Positions 8,317-17,034 of a stretch of DNA of 28,684 nt are shown here, one piece after another; the stretch's first letter is position 1, and every line of letters begins with the position of its first letter. The notes under the pieces are model-generated. The model was not told the DNA's origin. It saw only the letters and a list, made by a program, of their open reading frames with translations, and did not search any database. The stretch is from a virus (taxonomy: Duplodnaviria; Caudoviricetes), in the IMG/VR virus record IMGVR_UViG_3300008218_000036, positions 1 through 28,684 of that record; one strand, written 5' to 3'. The position numbers and the translations under genes were made by a program.

Positions 8317-9918
8317 CTAAATCCTCATTCCGGTTATCCAATTATACACTCTACCACGGTTTTCTCTACTTTTTGAGCGTTTTTCAAAGGTTTCAGCGTC
8401 CATTCTACCACTAGAAGGTGGCTTAGAGTAGTAATCAGCATAGTACAAAGCATCCATTATATCATCATTTTTTTGGAATGGGTGCTCAAAAAACTCATCA
8501 ACCAACTCAGTCATATCTTTTCGTAGATGAAGTCTCTTTGAATTAACTATAGTCCCTAAAGATGTCTCAAGTCTATCTTGTTTTCTTATACCTGCAGGTG
8601 GTTTTACTCCCTTGAAAATACCAGGCATAAGCCTTCTATCCTTAGCTGCTAATCTTGATGTCATATCCCTAGCCATCTCCTGAGAAGCTACTGTTTCTAT
8701 CGTTACACGCCTTACCGGACTATATTTATTGGCAATCTCAAGAATCTTTTTCGGAACGTCAAACGTGGGAATACGTTCACGGAAATATTCCAAAACATAC
8801 CTGTTTTTTTCCTTATCAACTGCCAAAACCAAGATAGCTTGATAGTCAGACGTTGAAGTTGCTGTTGCTGCCAAGTCGACTCCAAGATAAATGTTAACCG
8901 GAACCAAATCATCTCCAATGTGAAGATACGGAAACTTGTCGATTGTTTCGAACCTTGCAGTATGGTATTGTATGCGGTCAATTTTAAACGCCGCTTCACT
9001 TGTATCCCTTGCATCATTCATATACTCCTGTGCATACTTATTAACCAATCCAGCTTCTATGAACTCTTGCTTCTTGGTCTTTAACTTATCTATCGAAAAC
9101 TGTTCTTCCCATATTGCCTTACCGTCTTCTATGGCTCTATAAAAATGCAAAGCCCACGGATATTCTCTATTATCCCTATCTGCTTCTTTACTACCATCCA
9201 CAACAGTCTGAAGAAAACTATCATAGTGAACAATAGTGCCACTCAACCAAATCCACCCCTCATTGCCAGGAGATTCTTCCAACGAAGGATAAACCGTAGA
9301 TACTACCCATTTTTTAATTTCTTGTCTACGTTCAGGTGTTTTGGTATTTAATTCGGACTCAAAATCATCTAAAATGATTCCGGTATAACGAACATCTATT
9401 TCAGTACGACCACGCAGCCTTTGCGTTGTACCTTTAGCTATAATTCTATCGCCCTTAGCAGTTACAATATCTTTCTCAGTCCATCTATTCCCAACCGTAT
9501 CACCGGCTAATTCACCAAAATAATACTTAATATTTTGATTCATTTCAAAATGACTCTTAATATATTTCAAATGGTCAATAGCCTGACCCTGCTCTTCAGC
9601 TACCCAACCTATAAATTGTTTAGAATCTTTTGGATTAAATAGCATTTTATGCATTATAGCAGCTTTTGCTAAAATAGACTTACCAAACCCCCTTGGCAAT
9701 ATATTACATATCCTACTACCAGGTTTTGATGAAATAAGTTTTTTAGCTATTTCTTCGTGAAATGGCGGGGAAGAGCTCTTATTTAAAAAATCCTTAGGTA
9801 AGAAAGCCCTACCAAAATACAACAAATCACCATATGACTTATAAAGAACTTCGTCGTCAATCTTTAACTGAGATGGAGACTTGCCAATATTAAATTCTTT
9901 GGTTAGTTCTTTTTCCAT
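8317..9918 (-). CDS. terL: Terminase large subunit
   Basis: Walker A PRGFGKS, Walker B GIILDDFE, RNase H-like nuclease LGVDLA...DDIMDAL. Confidence 0.93.
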   Translation of the reverse strand: MEKELTKEFNIGKSPSQLKIDDEVLYKSYGDLLYFGRAFLPKDFLNKSSSPPFHEEIAKKLISSKPGSRICNILPRGFGKSILAKAAIMHKMLFNPKDSKQFIGWVAEEQGQAIDHLKYIKSHFEMNQNIKYYFGELAGDTVGNRWTEKDIVTAKGDRIIAKGTTQRLRGRTEIDVRYTGIILDDFESELNTKTPERRQEIKKWVVSTVYPSLEESPGNEGWIWLSGTIVHYDSFLQTVVDGSKEADRDNREYPWALHFYRAIEDGKAIWEEQFSIDKLKTKKQEFIEAGLVNKYAQEYMNDARDTSEAAFKIDRIQYHTARFETIDKFPYLHIGDDLVPVNIYLGVDLAATATSTSDYQAILVLAVDKEKNRYVLEYFRERIPTFDVPKKILEIANKYSPVRRVTIETVASQEMARDMTSRLAAKDRRLMPGIFKGVKPPAGIRKQDRLETSLGTIVNSKRLHLRKDMTELVDEFFEHPFQKNDDIMDALYYADYYSKPPSSGRMDAETFEKRSKSRENRGRVYNWITGMRI

Positions 9919-10050
9919 TTACCAACTATTTTGAGCTTCTTCTTTCTTCCTACGCTTCATCACCTGATTTCTTGTACGTCCATGAGTCTTTAAATACTCA
10001 TTTAGTTTTCTACGTTTTCTTTTTCTCTCTTTTGCTTTTTTGTTCGGCAT
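9919..10050 (-). CDS. 43-aa Arg/Lys-rich peptide
   Basis: Not in the ORF track. MPNKKAKERKRKRRKLNEYLKTHGRTRNQVMKRRKKEEAQNSW; its stop abuts the TerL ATG. Confidence 0.7.
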   Translation of the reverse strand: MPNKKAKERKRKRRKLNEYLKTHGRTRNQVMKRRKKEEAQNSW

Positions 10051-10085
10051 TTTTAAATATATAGTTTACAATGTGTTTTTTACAA
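10051..10085 (-). promoter_or_regulatory. Sigma70-like promoter, probably leaderless
   Basis: TTGTAA (10085-10080), 18 bp, TATATT (10061-10056), 5 nt, ATG at 10050; no SD sequence. Confidence 0.45.
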
Positions 10086-10124
10086 CTAGTAGTAGTAACC
10101 CAATCTGATTTTCGATAATAAACT

Positions 10125-10370
10125 TTAAGATTCACCAGCCATATCTCCACTACCAACATTAACAATTACCAAAGTATCGCTATCGCTATAAACAGAACTA
10201 CAAAACCTACAAGAAAATAACGTAGCTGTACCGCTATCATCAAATATTACCATTTTATCTCTATCGGTAAGATATTCATCGCAAACCTCACAACTGCGAA
10301 GTTTTGTCTCGAAAAACGGCAACATCTCCATATCTATGTCGCTAAACTGTTTCTTTTTCACCATGAGCAA
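10125..10370 (-). CDS. Small zinc-finger protein
   Basis: CEVC...CRFC; start uncertain. Confidence 0.6.
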   Translation of the reverse strand: MLMVKKKQFSDIDMEMLPFFETKLRSCEVCDEYLTDRDKMVIFDDSGTATLFSCRFCSSVYSDSDTLVIVNVGSGDMAGES

Positions 10371-11085
10371 TCATCTTTACTTCAGCATCACGCAATTGCT
10401 CCAATTGCTCATTACTGAAACCTTGAAATACAGTAAGAGACTCTTTTTGTGTATCTTTCGGAAACATACCTGCAATACGCATTAACATATCTAAAGCTCG
10501 CAATTTATCAGAATCCTTAGATTCTAAGTTATCTACTATTGTTTTAGCATTATTAAGCAGGTATTCCTCATCTATACCAACTTTACTTAGAGACTTCTTT
10601 ATTTCTTCACTAACCAATTTACTAACTCTCTCCGATTTTAACAGAGAAGTAGCCTGAGTTTGTGCATACTTCTCATTTTTAGTTTTAAAGACTTTTAGGT
10701 AGGCTTCTACAGGTTTAACACCTTGAGCTACATATTTAGCAAACATTATCTCATTTTGAGATATATTCTTCTTTTCGCGCCTATGTACGGTTCTACTCAT
10801 GTCTCTACTGAAACTGTAGATGTTTTTAGGCATATCCCCTGCAAGCAACTCTTTTGTTGCTACAGAATACGAACCAAGCACAGTGACAATGTAATCAGCC
10901 CTACCTTCGCACTTTCCGCGCTTTATGACCCTACATACCTGTTTATCGTCAGTAAGTATCCAATCATTGAGCTCTCCATCCCTCCAGTCACCAACAAGAC
11001 TGTCTTTAGGATAAACCTTCCTAAACTCGTCCTCATTTTCAAATAACGGCTGCATGATGTTCTTAACTTTGCGATACCGCGTCAT
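10342..11085 (-). CDS. terS: Terminase small subunit with an N-terminal extension
   Basis: C-terminal half has a TerS-like HTH (EIMFAKYVAQGVKPVEAY...ATSLLK) and an oligomerisation helix (DKLRALDML); located upstream of TerL. Confidence 0.7.
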   Translation of the reverse strand: MTRYRKVKNIMQPLFENEDEFRKVYPKDSLVGDWRDGELNDWILTDDKQVCRVIKRGKCEGRADYIVTVLGSYSVATKELLAGDMPKNIYSFSRDMSRTVHRREKKNISQNEIMFAKYVAQGVKPVEAYLKVFKTKNEKYAQTQATSLLKSERVSKLVSEEIKKSLSKVGIDEEYLLNNAKTIVDNLESKDSDKLRALDMLMRIAGMFPKDTQKESLTVFQGFSNEQLEQLRDAEVKMIAHGEKETV

Positions 11086-11099
11086 TACCCTTCCCGTTC

Positions 11100-11924
11100 T
11101 TACTTGATAGTCTTATTTTGACTAATACCCCCCTGACGCGGGTTCTTGTTTCCATCTATCATATTCCCCCATAGAAACGTTTTTCCATTTTGGATATCAA
11201 CAACATCCAGCCTGAAATCTCCATTATCAAACCAATCAACCACAGCAAAGGCATGTGACCAGTTTATTTGCCTATTTCTTAACCACCGGTTCTTTTCGGC
11301 GGACATATCCTTTAAACAACCTAGACTAAACGCGTGATGAGCTCCATCAACGTGCGTTACTCCAATTCTTTGTACATCATGCATATGCCCATATAGGACA
11401 TTTTTCCCTAAATTCATAGCATGTTGCCTTGTATGGTACACCGTAGAGTAGTGTCCACCATGATAAAAGAACAATTTACCTATCTGTAACAATTTACCAT
11501 AAGGGTAGTAAATGTACCCTCTATCCTCCAAATTCATGATATTTTTAAATTTATACTGTGGTAAGTACGGATATTCCTCAACAAACGAATTTAGCCAATC
11601 ATCATGGTTTCCTTCAATCATGTACTTTTTATCACATTTTACTGATTTCAATACTTTATCAAATAAATCAAGTCCTTCGTTTACAGCTTTAGCATCCTTA
11701 TCCACATCTTTAAGCACTATTTCTAGAGGTGGACGCTTTCTGCGCTTATATTTGAAAGGTGAAACGCTCTTCCACTCTCCTAAATCGCCCAAACATACGA
11801 AAATATTAGGTTTTACTAGTTTTATAGCTTCTAGGACTACATTTATAGCATTATCACACTGCAACGGAAAATGAACATCAGGTATGATTATTGCTCTACG
11901 TCTACTTTTTTTGCTTTTTGCCAT
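11100..11924 (-). CDS. Calcineurin-like metallophosphoesterase
   Basis: Complete motif set: DVH, GD, GNHD, HG, GHMH. Confidence 0.88.
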   Translation of the reverse strand: MAKSKKSRRRAIIIPDVHFPLQCDNAINVVLEAIKLVKPNIFVCLGDLGEWKSVSPFKYKRRKRPPLEIVLKDVDKDAKAVNEGLDLFDKVLKSVKCDKKYMIEGNHDDWLNSFVEEYPYLPQYKFKNIMNLEDRGYIYYPYGKLLQIGKLFFYHGGHYSTVYHTRQHAMNLGKNVLYGHMHDVQRIGVTHVDGAHHAFSLGCLKDMSAEKNRWLRNRQINWSHAFAVVDWFDNGDFRLDVVDIQNGKTFLWGNMIDGNKNPRQGGISQNKTIK

Positions 11925-12168
11925 TCTTTTCCTTCTGTTTACGCTTATATACTACAATACTATCCTTTTTACGAGAAAGTTTCGTAGCCTCATCATCACG
12001 AGACATTGCTATAGCAACCATTCCACCATTATCCTTAAAGTCACGAGAACCATTTCCAACAGTTTCTAACACCACTAAGTGGCGTAAGTTACAATCGCAG
12101 CAATGTAAGTAGAAAAACGACTCCGCATCCACTAAAAACGCCTCGGCATCAAATGTTGTAATATTCAT
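11902..12168 (-). CDS. Small Cys-containing hypothetical protein
   Basis: 88 aa, HCCDCNLRH, overlaps both neighbours. Confidence 0.6.
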   Translation of the reverse strand: MNITTFDAEAFLVDAESFFYLHCCDCNLRHLVVLETVGNGSRDFKDNGGMVAIAMSRDDEATKLSRKKDSIVVYKRKQKEKNGKKQKK

Positions 12169-12373
12169 CCTTTATCCCAGGTATCACTACTTCTTGAAAA
12201 AATCTACATTTTTTGTGCGCAACACAACTTTTGCCAGCCAACTTCTCATCCATAAGCATATGGAGAGAATTATCCCGAATATAGAATACGCCACCAATGC
12301 AATTACCGTGAAACCAGTTACAGCAATGTTTTTTAGCAGTGTATAATATTCTTCTTTTATCACTTTTTTGCAC
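12149..12373 (-). CDS. Small Cys-rich hypothetical protein, first gene of the leftward operon
   Basis: 74 aa, GTG start, CCNW..GNC...C...CRFF. Confidence 0.6.
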   Translation of the reverse strand: MQKSDKRRILYTAKKHCCNWFHGNCIGGVFYIRDNSLHMLMDEKLAGKSCVAHKKCRFFQEVVIPGIKDEYYNI

Positions 12374-12409
12374 AAAGGTAAGTTACACCCTAAAAATAAT
12401 GTAAATCAA
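12374..12409 (-). promoter_or_regulatory. Sigma70-like leftward promoter, probably leaderless
   Basis: TTGATT (12409-12404), 18 bp, TAACTT (12385-12380), 6 nt, GTG. Confidence 0.5.
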
Positions 12410-12429
12410 GCAGAAAAAAATCGCTGATT

Positions 12430-12570
12430 TCTTGTATATTATATATATATATATATATTATATATCTATACGCTATATTACTATACGCTATAGTACTATA
12501 CTATTACTCTATTATTACTATTATTATTACTATTACTATATTATTACGCTATACGCTAAGTATACTATAG
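12430..12570. repeat. AT-rich low-complexity element, copy A
   Basis: (TA)n tract, then CTATACGCTA at 12466, 12481 and 12549 around TAT/TAC repeats; imperfect inverted copy at about 20304-20410. Confidence 0.8.
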
Positions 12571-12588
12571 ATTTCTAGAATTTTCCAG

Positions 12589-12679
12589 AAAAATATTAGC
12601 AGAAGTGGAAAATAGAGTCTAACATGGAAAAATAAGCAAAATAGAGAAAAGGTTGAAAAACAGCGAAAAATTTCAAAAA
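12589..12679. other. Phased A-tracts (intrinsically bent DNA)
   Basis: A4-5 runs start at 12627, 12637, 12647, 12656, 12666 and 12675, with further runs at 12589 and 12609. Confidence 0.7.
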
Positions 12680-12800
12680 TATAGTTATTATGTGTGTCTA
12701 CCTTTTATTATCGTGGATACCCCCATAGTTCCGTTTTGGCGTTTGGTTTTTTAGTTGAATTAATTATTAGGGCGGGAGGGAGGTATAATTTATTATCTAA

Positions 12801-12828
12801 ATGTCGTATAATAAACCTTATGTATAAT
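12801..12828 (+). other. dif-like XerC/XerD site 1
   Basis: ATGTCGTATAA-TAAACC-TTATGTATAAT, 11-6-11 layout; right arm matches the XerD arm TTATGTTAAAT at 9/11. Confidence 0.65.
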
Positions 12829-12833
12829 ACAGA

Positions 12834-12861
12834 TTGTCGTATAATATATATTATGTCTACT
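12834..12861 (+). other. dif-like XerC/XerD site 2
   Basis: TTGTCGTATAA-TATATA-TTATGTCTACT; spacer matches E. coli dif TGTATA at 5/6, right arm matches the XerD arm at 8/11. Confidence 0.65.
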
Positions 12862-13035
12862 TCTACTACTTCTTTTCATAGTTTATAGCAAAAGTAATAT
12901 ATACTATTGTTTCGGTGTGCTTGGTCTATCTATGACCACACACCAAAACTTTTAAACATGTTTAGGAATTCTCATTTATTCTCTATAATTTCTTATATGA
13001 AAATAACCCCTAACAAAACGAATATGGAGACAGTT

Positions 13036-13452
13036 ATGGATAAAACCCGGACAGTTCCATTGGTAGAGGTTAAGTACACTAACAAACAAGTAGAGATGCT
13101 AAAGGCGACATGCTTAGATAATCATGGTAAATTTGACGAGAAAAAATGGCAGACCATGAAAGAAAGCATGGAGTCTACGGGAGCGAAATTTCCTAATGGA
13201 GTTCGTAACCATATAGCAACCACTGAAGTTATCACCAAGGTTGATACTTCGGTAACTTCAGCATTTCGTAGTAATCTAGAATATATCAGCCCACAAGGGA
13301 GAAAAGGATATACTTTAGATGCTGACGGTAAATTAGTGGAAATGAGTCTATTATGTAGAATAATAGAGCCTAATAAAAACCAATGGAAAGCAGATAAAGT
13401 TAGTGCTATTAAGAATAGCATTAAAGAGACTCTGAAAACTAAAACCAAATAA
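13036..13452 (+). CDS. Hypothetical early protein (monocistronic)
   Basis: GGAG RBS before the ATG at 13036 (track start 12907 is probably too long); TATAAT at 12984; followed by a terminator. Confidence 0.75.
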   Translation: MDKTRTVPLVEVKYTNKQVEMLKATCLDNHGKFDEKKWQTMKESMESTGAKFPNGVRNHIATTEVITKVDTSVTSAFRSNLEYISPQGRKGYTLDADGKLVEMSLLCRIIEPNKNQWKADKVSAIKNSIKETLKTKTK

Positions 13453-13465
13453 CAACAGTTAGTAT

Positions 13466-13504
13466 ATGAGTGTCGGTATTAATTTATCGACACTCATTTT
13501 TTTT
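13466..13504 (+). terminator. Rho-independent terminator
   Basis: ATGAGTGTCGGTA/TATCGACACTCAT 13-bp stem (one G-U) followed by a T run. Confidence 0.9.
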
Positions 13505-13538
13505 GTCATTATTTCAAGACACAGTAAAAAAACATTAA

Positions 13539-14003
13539 ATGATTATATTAAACATCAGCAAACACTCAATAAATATAAAAGCCACACTCCAGAACCAAGA
13601 GACCTATAGCGATATTATACCTCATGGCGGTAAAGATTTATACCATGCGTTAGTGAAAAAGTATAGCGCATTAAGAAAAATTACAACAGAAAAAATAGTC
13701 ATCTCATATAATCCAGGCGATAAAAGAAAAAGCATCACATGTACCATAAATAGTGATGTAAAACCGCCAAGTATAGATAAGTATAAAAATATACCAAACG
13801 CAAGATATATTCCTGATAAACTTGTAACATTGTGCGCTAATAATTGGATTGTAGATAAGAACGGCGACAAGAAATATATAACAGACAGGGTAATGTATAA
13901 GCGGAAAATAAACCGAGCGGAAACATTATTAGATTTATTTTATACTGGACAAATAGATTTATTAGAATTTAGAACTAAACTAAACAAGGTAATAGACGCA
14001 TGA
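13539..14003 (+). CDS. Hypothetical protein
   Basis: 154 aa ORF, ATGA overlap with the next gene. Confidence 0.6.
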   Translation: MIILNISKHSINIKATLQNQETYSDIIPHGGKDLYHALVKKYSALRKITTEKIVISYNPGDKRKSITCTINSDVKPPSIDKYKNIPNARYIPDKLVTLCANNWIVDKNGDKKYITDRVMYKRKINRAETLLDLFYTGQIDLLEFRTKLNKVIDA

Positions 14004-14215
14004 GATATGTACGCTGTCCATATAAGCATAAATATCAATTAGCGGACTGGTTTGCCAAAAGATTTAATGTAAGTAAAAGCGAAGCAAATAAGCATAGCAA
14101 AGAACAACTGTACGCAATCTATTATAGATTAGCGAGTAAGATATGTGGCGTTGTGCTATTTTCTCCTCTATCCCTCCATATACCCACAAACCACAGTATG
14201 ACGCCACTAATATAA
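14000..14215 (+). CDS. Hypothetical small protein
   Basis: 71 aa, ATGA and TAATG coupling. Confidence 0.55.
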   Translation: MRYVRCPYKHKYQLADWFAKRFNVSKSEANKHSKEQLYAIYYRLASKICGVVLFSPLSLHIPTNHSMTPLI

Positions 14216-14448
14216 TGCTAAAGAAATACCAGATAGAAGCCAATGAAAAGTTCTTTGACAATGTCATGGAACTGGTAAAGGATGGCGGGATTTACTGTTG
14301 GGTGTCTATTAATAAACAATTTATAAAGCGAGGTGGTAAACTAATCGCTGAAGATAATGATGCTTATGATAAAGTAAGCGAGATTGTATCACCAGAATAT
14401 TTAAAGAAAAAGTTTGTAAACACAAACAAACCAGGAGACACGCTATGA
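14215..14448 (+). CDS. Hypothetical protein
   Basis: Start probably the ATG at 14215 (TAATG coupling), in frame with track ORF 14143..14448. Confidence 0.6.
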   Translation: MLKKYQIEANEKFFDNVMELVKDGGIYCWVSINKQFIKRGGKLIAEDNDAYDKVSEIVSPEYLKKKFVNTNKPGDTL

Positions 14449-14879
14449 ATGAAGTGCAAAACATAAAAGATATGCCTTCAGTAAAAGCGTTTGAAATGAT
14501 AGTTGGTGAAATAGAAGGCGTTACTAAAGACTGGTCAGATATGCACTCTATAATTAACGGCAGTACAAAGCGATGGGAGTACATAATTGAAAATACATCT
14601 GAACTGGCTAAAAGACCTTCAGAATTAGATAGTCTAAAGATTTCTATGCGTCAAAGTCATGAACAAGCGCAATCTAAAATGGATAGTTGCATGGAGAAAG
14701 TCGCTTTTATACTACATATAGGCGGAACATGTAAAAGTTTAGAATCAGAACTTAAATCAATGATTATAAATGATATGCAATTAATATCAGGAGATGTTCA
14801 AGACGCTGAAGAAACTCTTATCAGTATAAATGAACTTTCAGAAGATTTATTTAAATTAATATTACAAAAAACAGTATAG
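14445..14879 (+). CDS. Hypothetical helical/coiled-coil protein
   Basis: 144 aa, AGGAG RBS. Confidence 0.7.
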   Translation: MNEVQNIKDMPSVKAFEMIVGEIEGVTKDWSDMHSIINGSTKRWEYIIENTSELAKRPSELDSLKISMRQSHEQAQSKMDSCMEKVAFILHIGGTCKSLESELKSMIINDMQLISGDVQDAEETLISINELSEDLFKLILQKTV

Positions 14880-14952
14880 CTTCGCGTTTAGTCCCTTCTC
14901 ACGAAGGATATGAGCGGAGATAACAAGACAATAACTGAAAAAGGAATAGCGT

Positions 14953-17034
14953 ATGTCGGAACAACTATCCGTAGAATCGCTACACAAAGGGTTAAATGAA
15001 AAAGGATACATCTGCGATGTAGACTTTGCTTCGCGTGTAGCTACCTCTATGATTGCAAAGCCAACTGGCGGTGCATTTCTGTACGGACCTGCAGGTACTG
15101 GTAAATCTTATCTGCCGCATGTACTATCTGACGTTCTGAATCGTAAGATGTTCTTTCACCAGTGTTCAGCAGGTACTCGCGAAGATGACCTATTGATGCG
15201 AATCTTTCCTAGCGAAGATACACGAAGTGGAGTAGAAATACTTTACGGCAAGGTGTATCAAGCGGTAATTGCATCTAATACAGAAAAAGTAGTTCTGGTA
15301 TTGGATGAATGGGATAAGACAAGACCAAGCGCAGATGGCTACATGTTAGATTTTCTGCAGTATGGTAGACTGTCAATTCCGGGGGAAGAGATAAAAGCGA
15401 ACCTTGATAATCTGATGATATTTTTCACTGCTAACGATGAGCGGGATTTTTCAGAGGCACTGCTTCGAAGATTTCCTAAAATTGATATGGAGCCGCTACA
15501 TCCAAAACTTGTGAGAAAAGCATTAGAGAACACGCATGATAAACATGCTAACATTCCAAATGCTATCTCTCTTTATCAGCGTTGTTTAATTGCAGATATG
15601 CCCAAACCAGCTACAATACAAGAGTTACGTCAGTTACTTGACGCTATTGATTTTCTTGGTCAAGGTTCAGACTGGAACGAATTAGTTTACCAGTATATAA
15701 CCAAGACCGCAGAAAACCATGAATTACTTGCAGACGCTGAAGGTAAAGATATTGAGGATATTTATGCCAGTTCTAATGGTGTAAAGAAACTTAATAGTTC
15801 CGCATATGAAAACTGTAATGAAGTTGATGATGAAAATGATATAGAGCGGTTTATGCCGAAACTATACAAATTTCAGAAATTCAATACAGATATTGATGAT
15901 AGCGGAGAACTACCTGAAGGCGAAAGTATATATGGTGTATTCAAGAAGAGCAATAGGTCTTATGACGCAGTTGTGCAAATGACCAGGGAAATAGCGGATG
16001 ACGCAAAATTTCCTAAATGGTCAAGTGTAATTGGCGATACAATCATAATGGATAAACCTATTGATGTACATAATTACGTATCGTTTAATAATCTTGTAGA
16101 GGAAAAGGAAAATAGCGGCAGAGACATTGATGGTGAAGTCATGCTAAAATACGAAGAATGTTCGCGTGAAGAGGCTCGCAGACTTGTATTTCGCAAATAT
16201 GAAGTTCATAAATCTTCTAAAGACGAAATTATAGCTCGCAAGTACTTTAATCACCAATCAGACCGTTATGTTGATTTAAGATGGACTCATGAAGATGGAT
16301 TATGCGTTATAGTGCCTGTTGGTTCAAATGGAATACGCAATATTATTCCTTTGTTTAAAATCAATAAGCATTATAATGTTTTAGGGAAAGAGTTTAATGG
16401 CGTATCACCTGGAATAGTAGATGTAAGTAAAATAACATCATACTTACTCACTACACTCGATAATGGTAATGCTGTTAGCGACCTTGGAACTGCGATGATA
16501 AAGAGATTGTCTAAACATAACGGATTTTGCGATATGTCTATATGTTCTACGTTTTACAAACATGGGCATGATGGATTTGAAGAAGCGTCAGGTGATTTAT
16601 TGAAGTCTATTAATTTCAATGAATTTGATGGCGGATATGTGATGTCTGGTAGCGGTATAGTTCTTGAAGTTGGTAATGCTGGTTCAGAAACTGGCAAGGC
16701 GTATGCGAAGTTATACGTTGATTCAATGCCAAATATAAAACTATTTTATTACGCTTTAAAAGGATTGGGTAGGATACCATTCTACTCTTGTTTTAAAGCG
16801 GACATAAAAGAAGTTTCTTCAAAACTATCTAATCGCTCATGGAGTTACAGAAAATCAATAATGATATCGCCAGATTCAAGGTTTATGATGATTGAATCAT
16901 TTGGCTACATATGTTTTATCAGAGTATTTAAACATGATAACTATTATAGCGATGATTCAGATGAACTTAAATCAGATGTCAGGAATGCGATTAACGAACT
17001 ACGTAAGTTCAGGAGACGCTTTGAGCAAGATTAA
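14953..17034 (+). CDS. MoxR-like AAA+ ATPase with a long unknown C-terminal region
   Basis: Walker A GPAGTGKS, Walker B LVLDEWDK, sensor-1 FTAND, Arg finger EALLRRF. Confidence 0.85.
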   Translation: MSEQLSVESLHKGLNEKGYICDVDFASRVATSMIAKPTGGAFLYGPAGTGKSYLPHVLSDVLNRKMFFHQCSAGTREDDLLMRIFPSEDTRSGVEILYGKVYQAVIASNTEKVVLVLDEWDKTRPSADGYMLDFLQYGRLSIPGEEIKANLDNLMIFFTANDERDFSEALLRRFPKIDMEPLHPKLVRKALENTHDKHANIPNAISLYQRCLIADMPKPATIQELRQLLDAIDFLGQGSDWNELVYQYITKTAENHELLADAEGKDIEDIYASSNGVKKLNSSAYENCNEVDDENDIERFMPKLYKFQKFNTDIDDSGELPEGESIYGVFKKSNRSYDAVVQMTREIADDAKFPKWSSVIGDTIIMDKPIDVHNYVSFNNLVEEKENSGRDIDGEVMLKYEECSREEARRLVFRKYEVHKSSKDEIIARKYFNHQSDRYVDLRWTHEDGLCVIVPVGSNGIRNIIPLFKINKHYNVLGKEFNGVSPGIVDVSKITSYLLTTLDNGNAVSDLGTAMIKRLSKHNGFCDMSICSTFYKHGHDGFEEASGDLLKSINFNEFDGGYVMSGSGIVLEVGNAGSETGKAYAKLYVDSMPNIKLFYYALKGLGRIPFYSCFKADIKEVSSKLSNRSWSYRKSIMISPDSRFMMIESFGYICFIRVFKHDNYYSDDSDELKSDVRNAINELRKFRRRFEQD

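Noticed and set aside
102-12112. Plus-strand ORFs within the structural arm (for example 4410-4652, 5417-5758, 11512-11874)
   Set aside because: Antisense shadows of well-supported minus-strand genes, without RBS or motifs.
12770-12783. GGGCGGGAGGGAGG as a KOPS motif or G-quadruplex next to the dif-like sites
   Set aside because: Not an exact GGGNAGGG and only three full G3 runs; too weak to call.
12430-12861. CRISPR or mini-array in the repeat-rich intergenic region
   Set aside because: Repeats are short or only two copies, with no unique 30-40 bp spacers.
12801-12861. loxP-like site (shared TCGTATAA)
   Set aside because: No 13-bp inverted arms with an 8-bp spacer and no Cre-like gene; the 11-6-11 dif layout fits better.
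12694-12888. 64-aa ORF over the control region
   Set aside because: No RBS, GTG start, and it overlaps the dif-like repeats; probably spurious.
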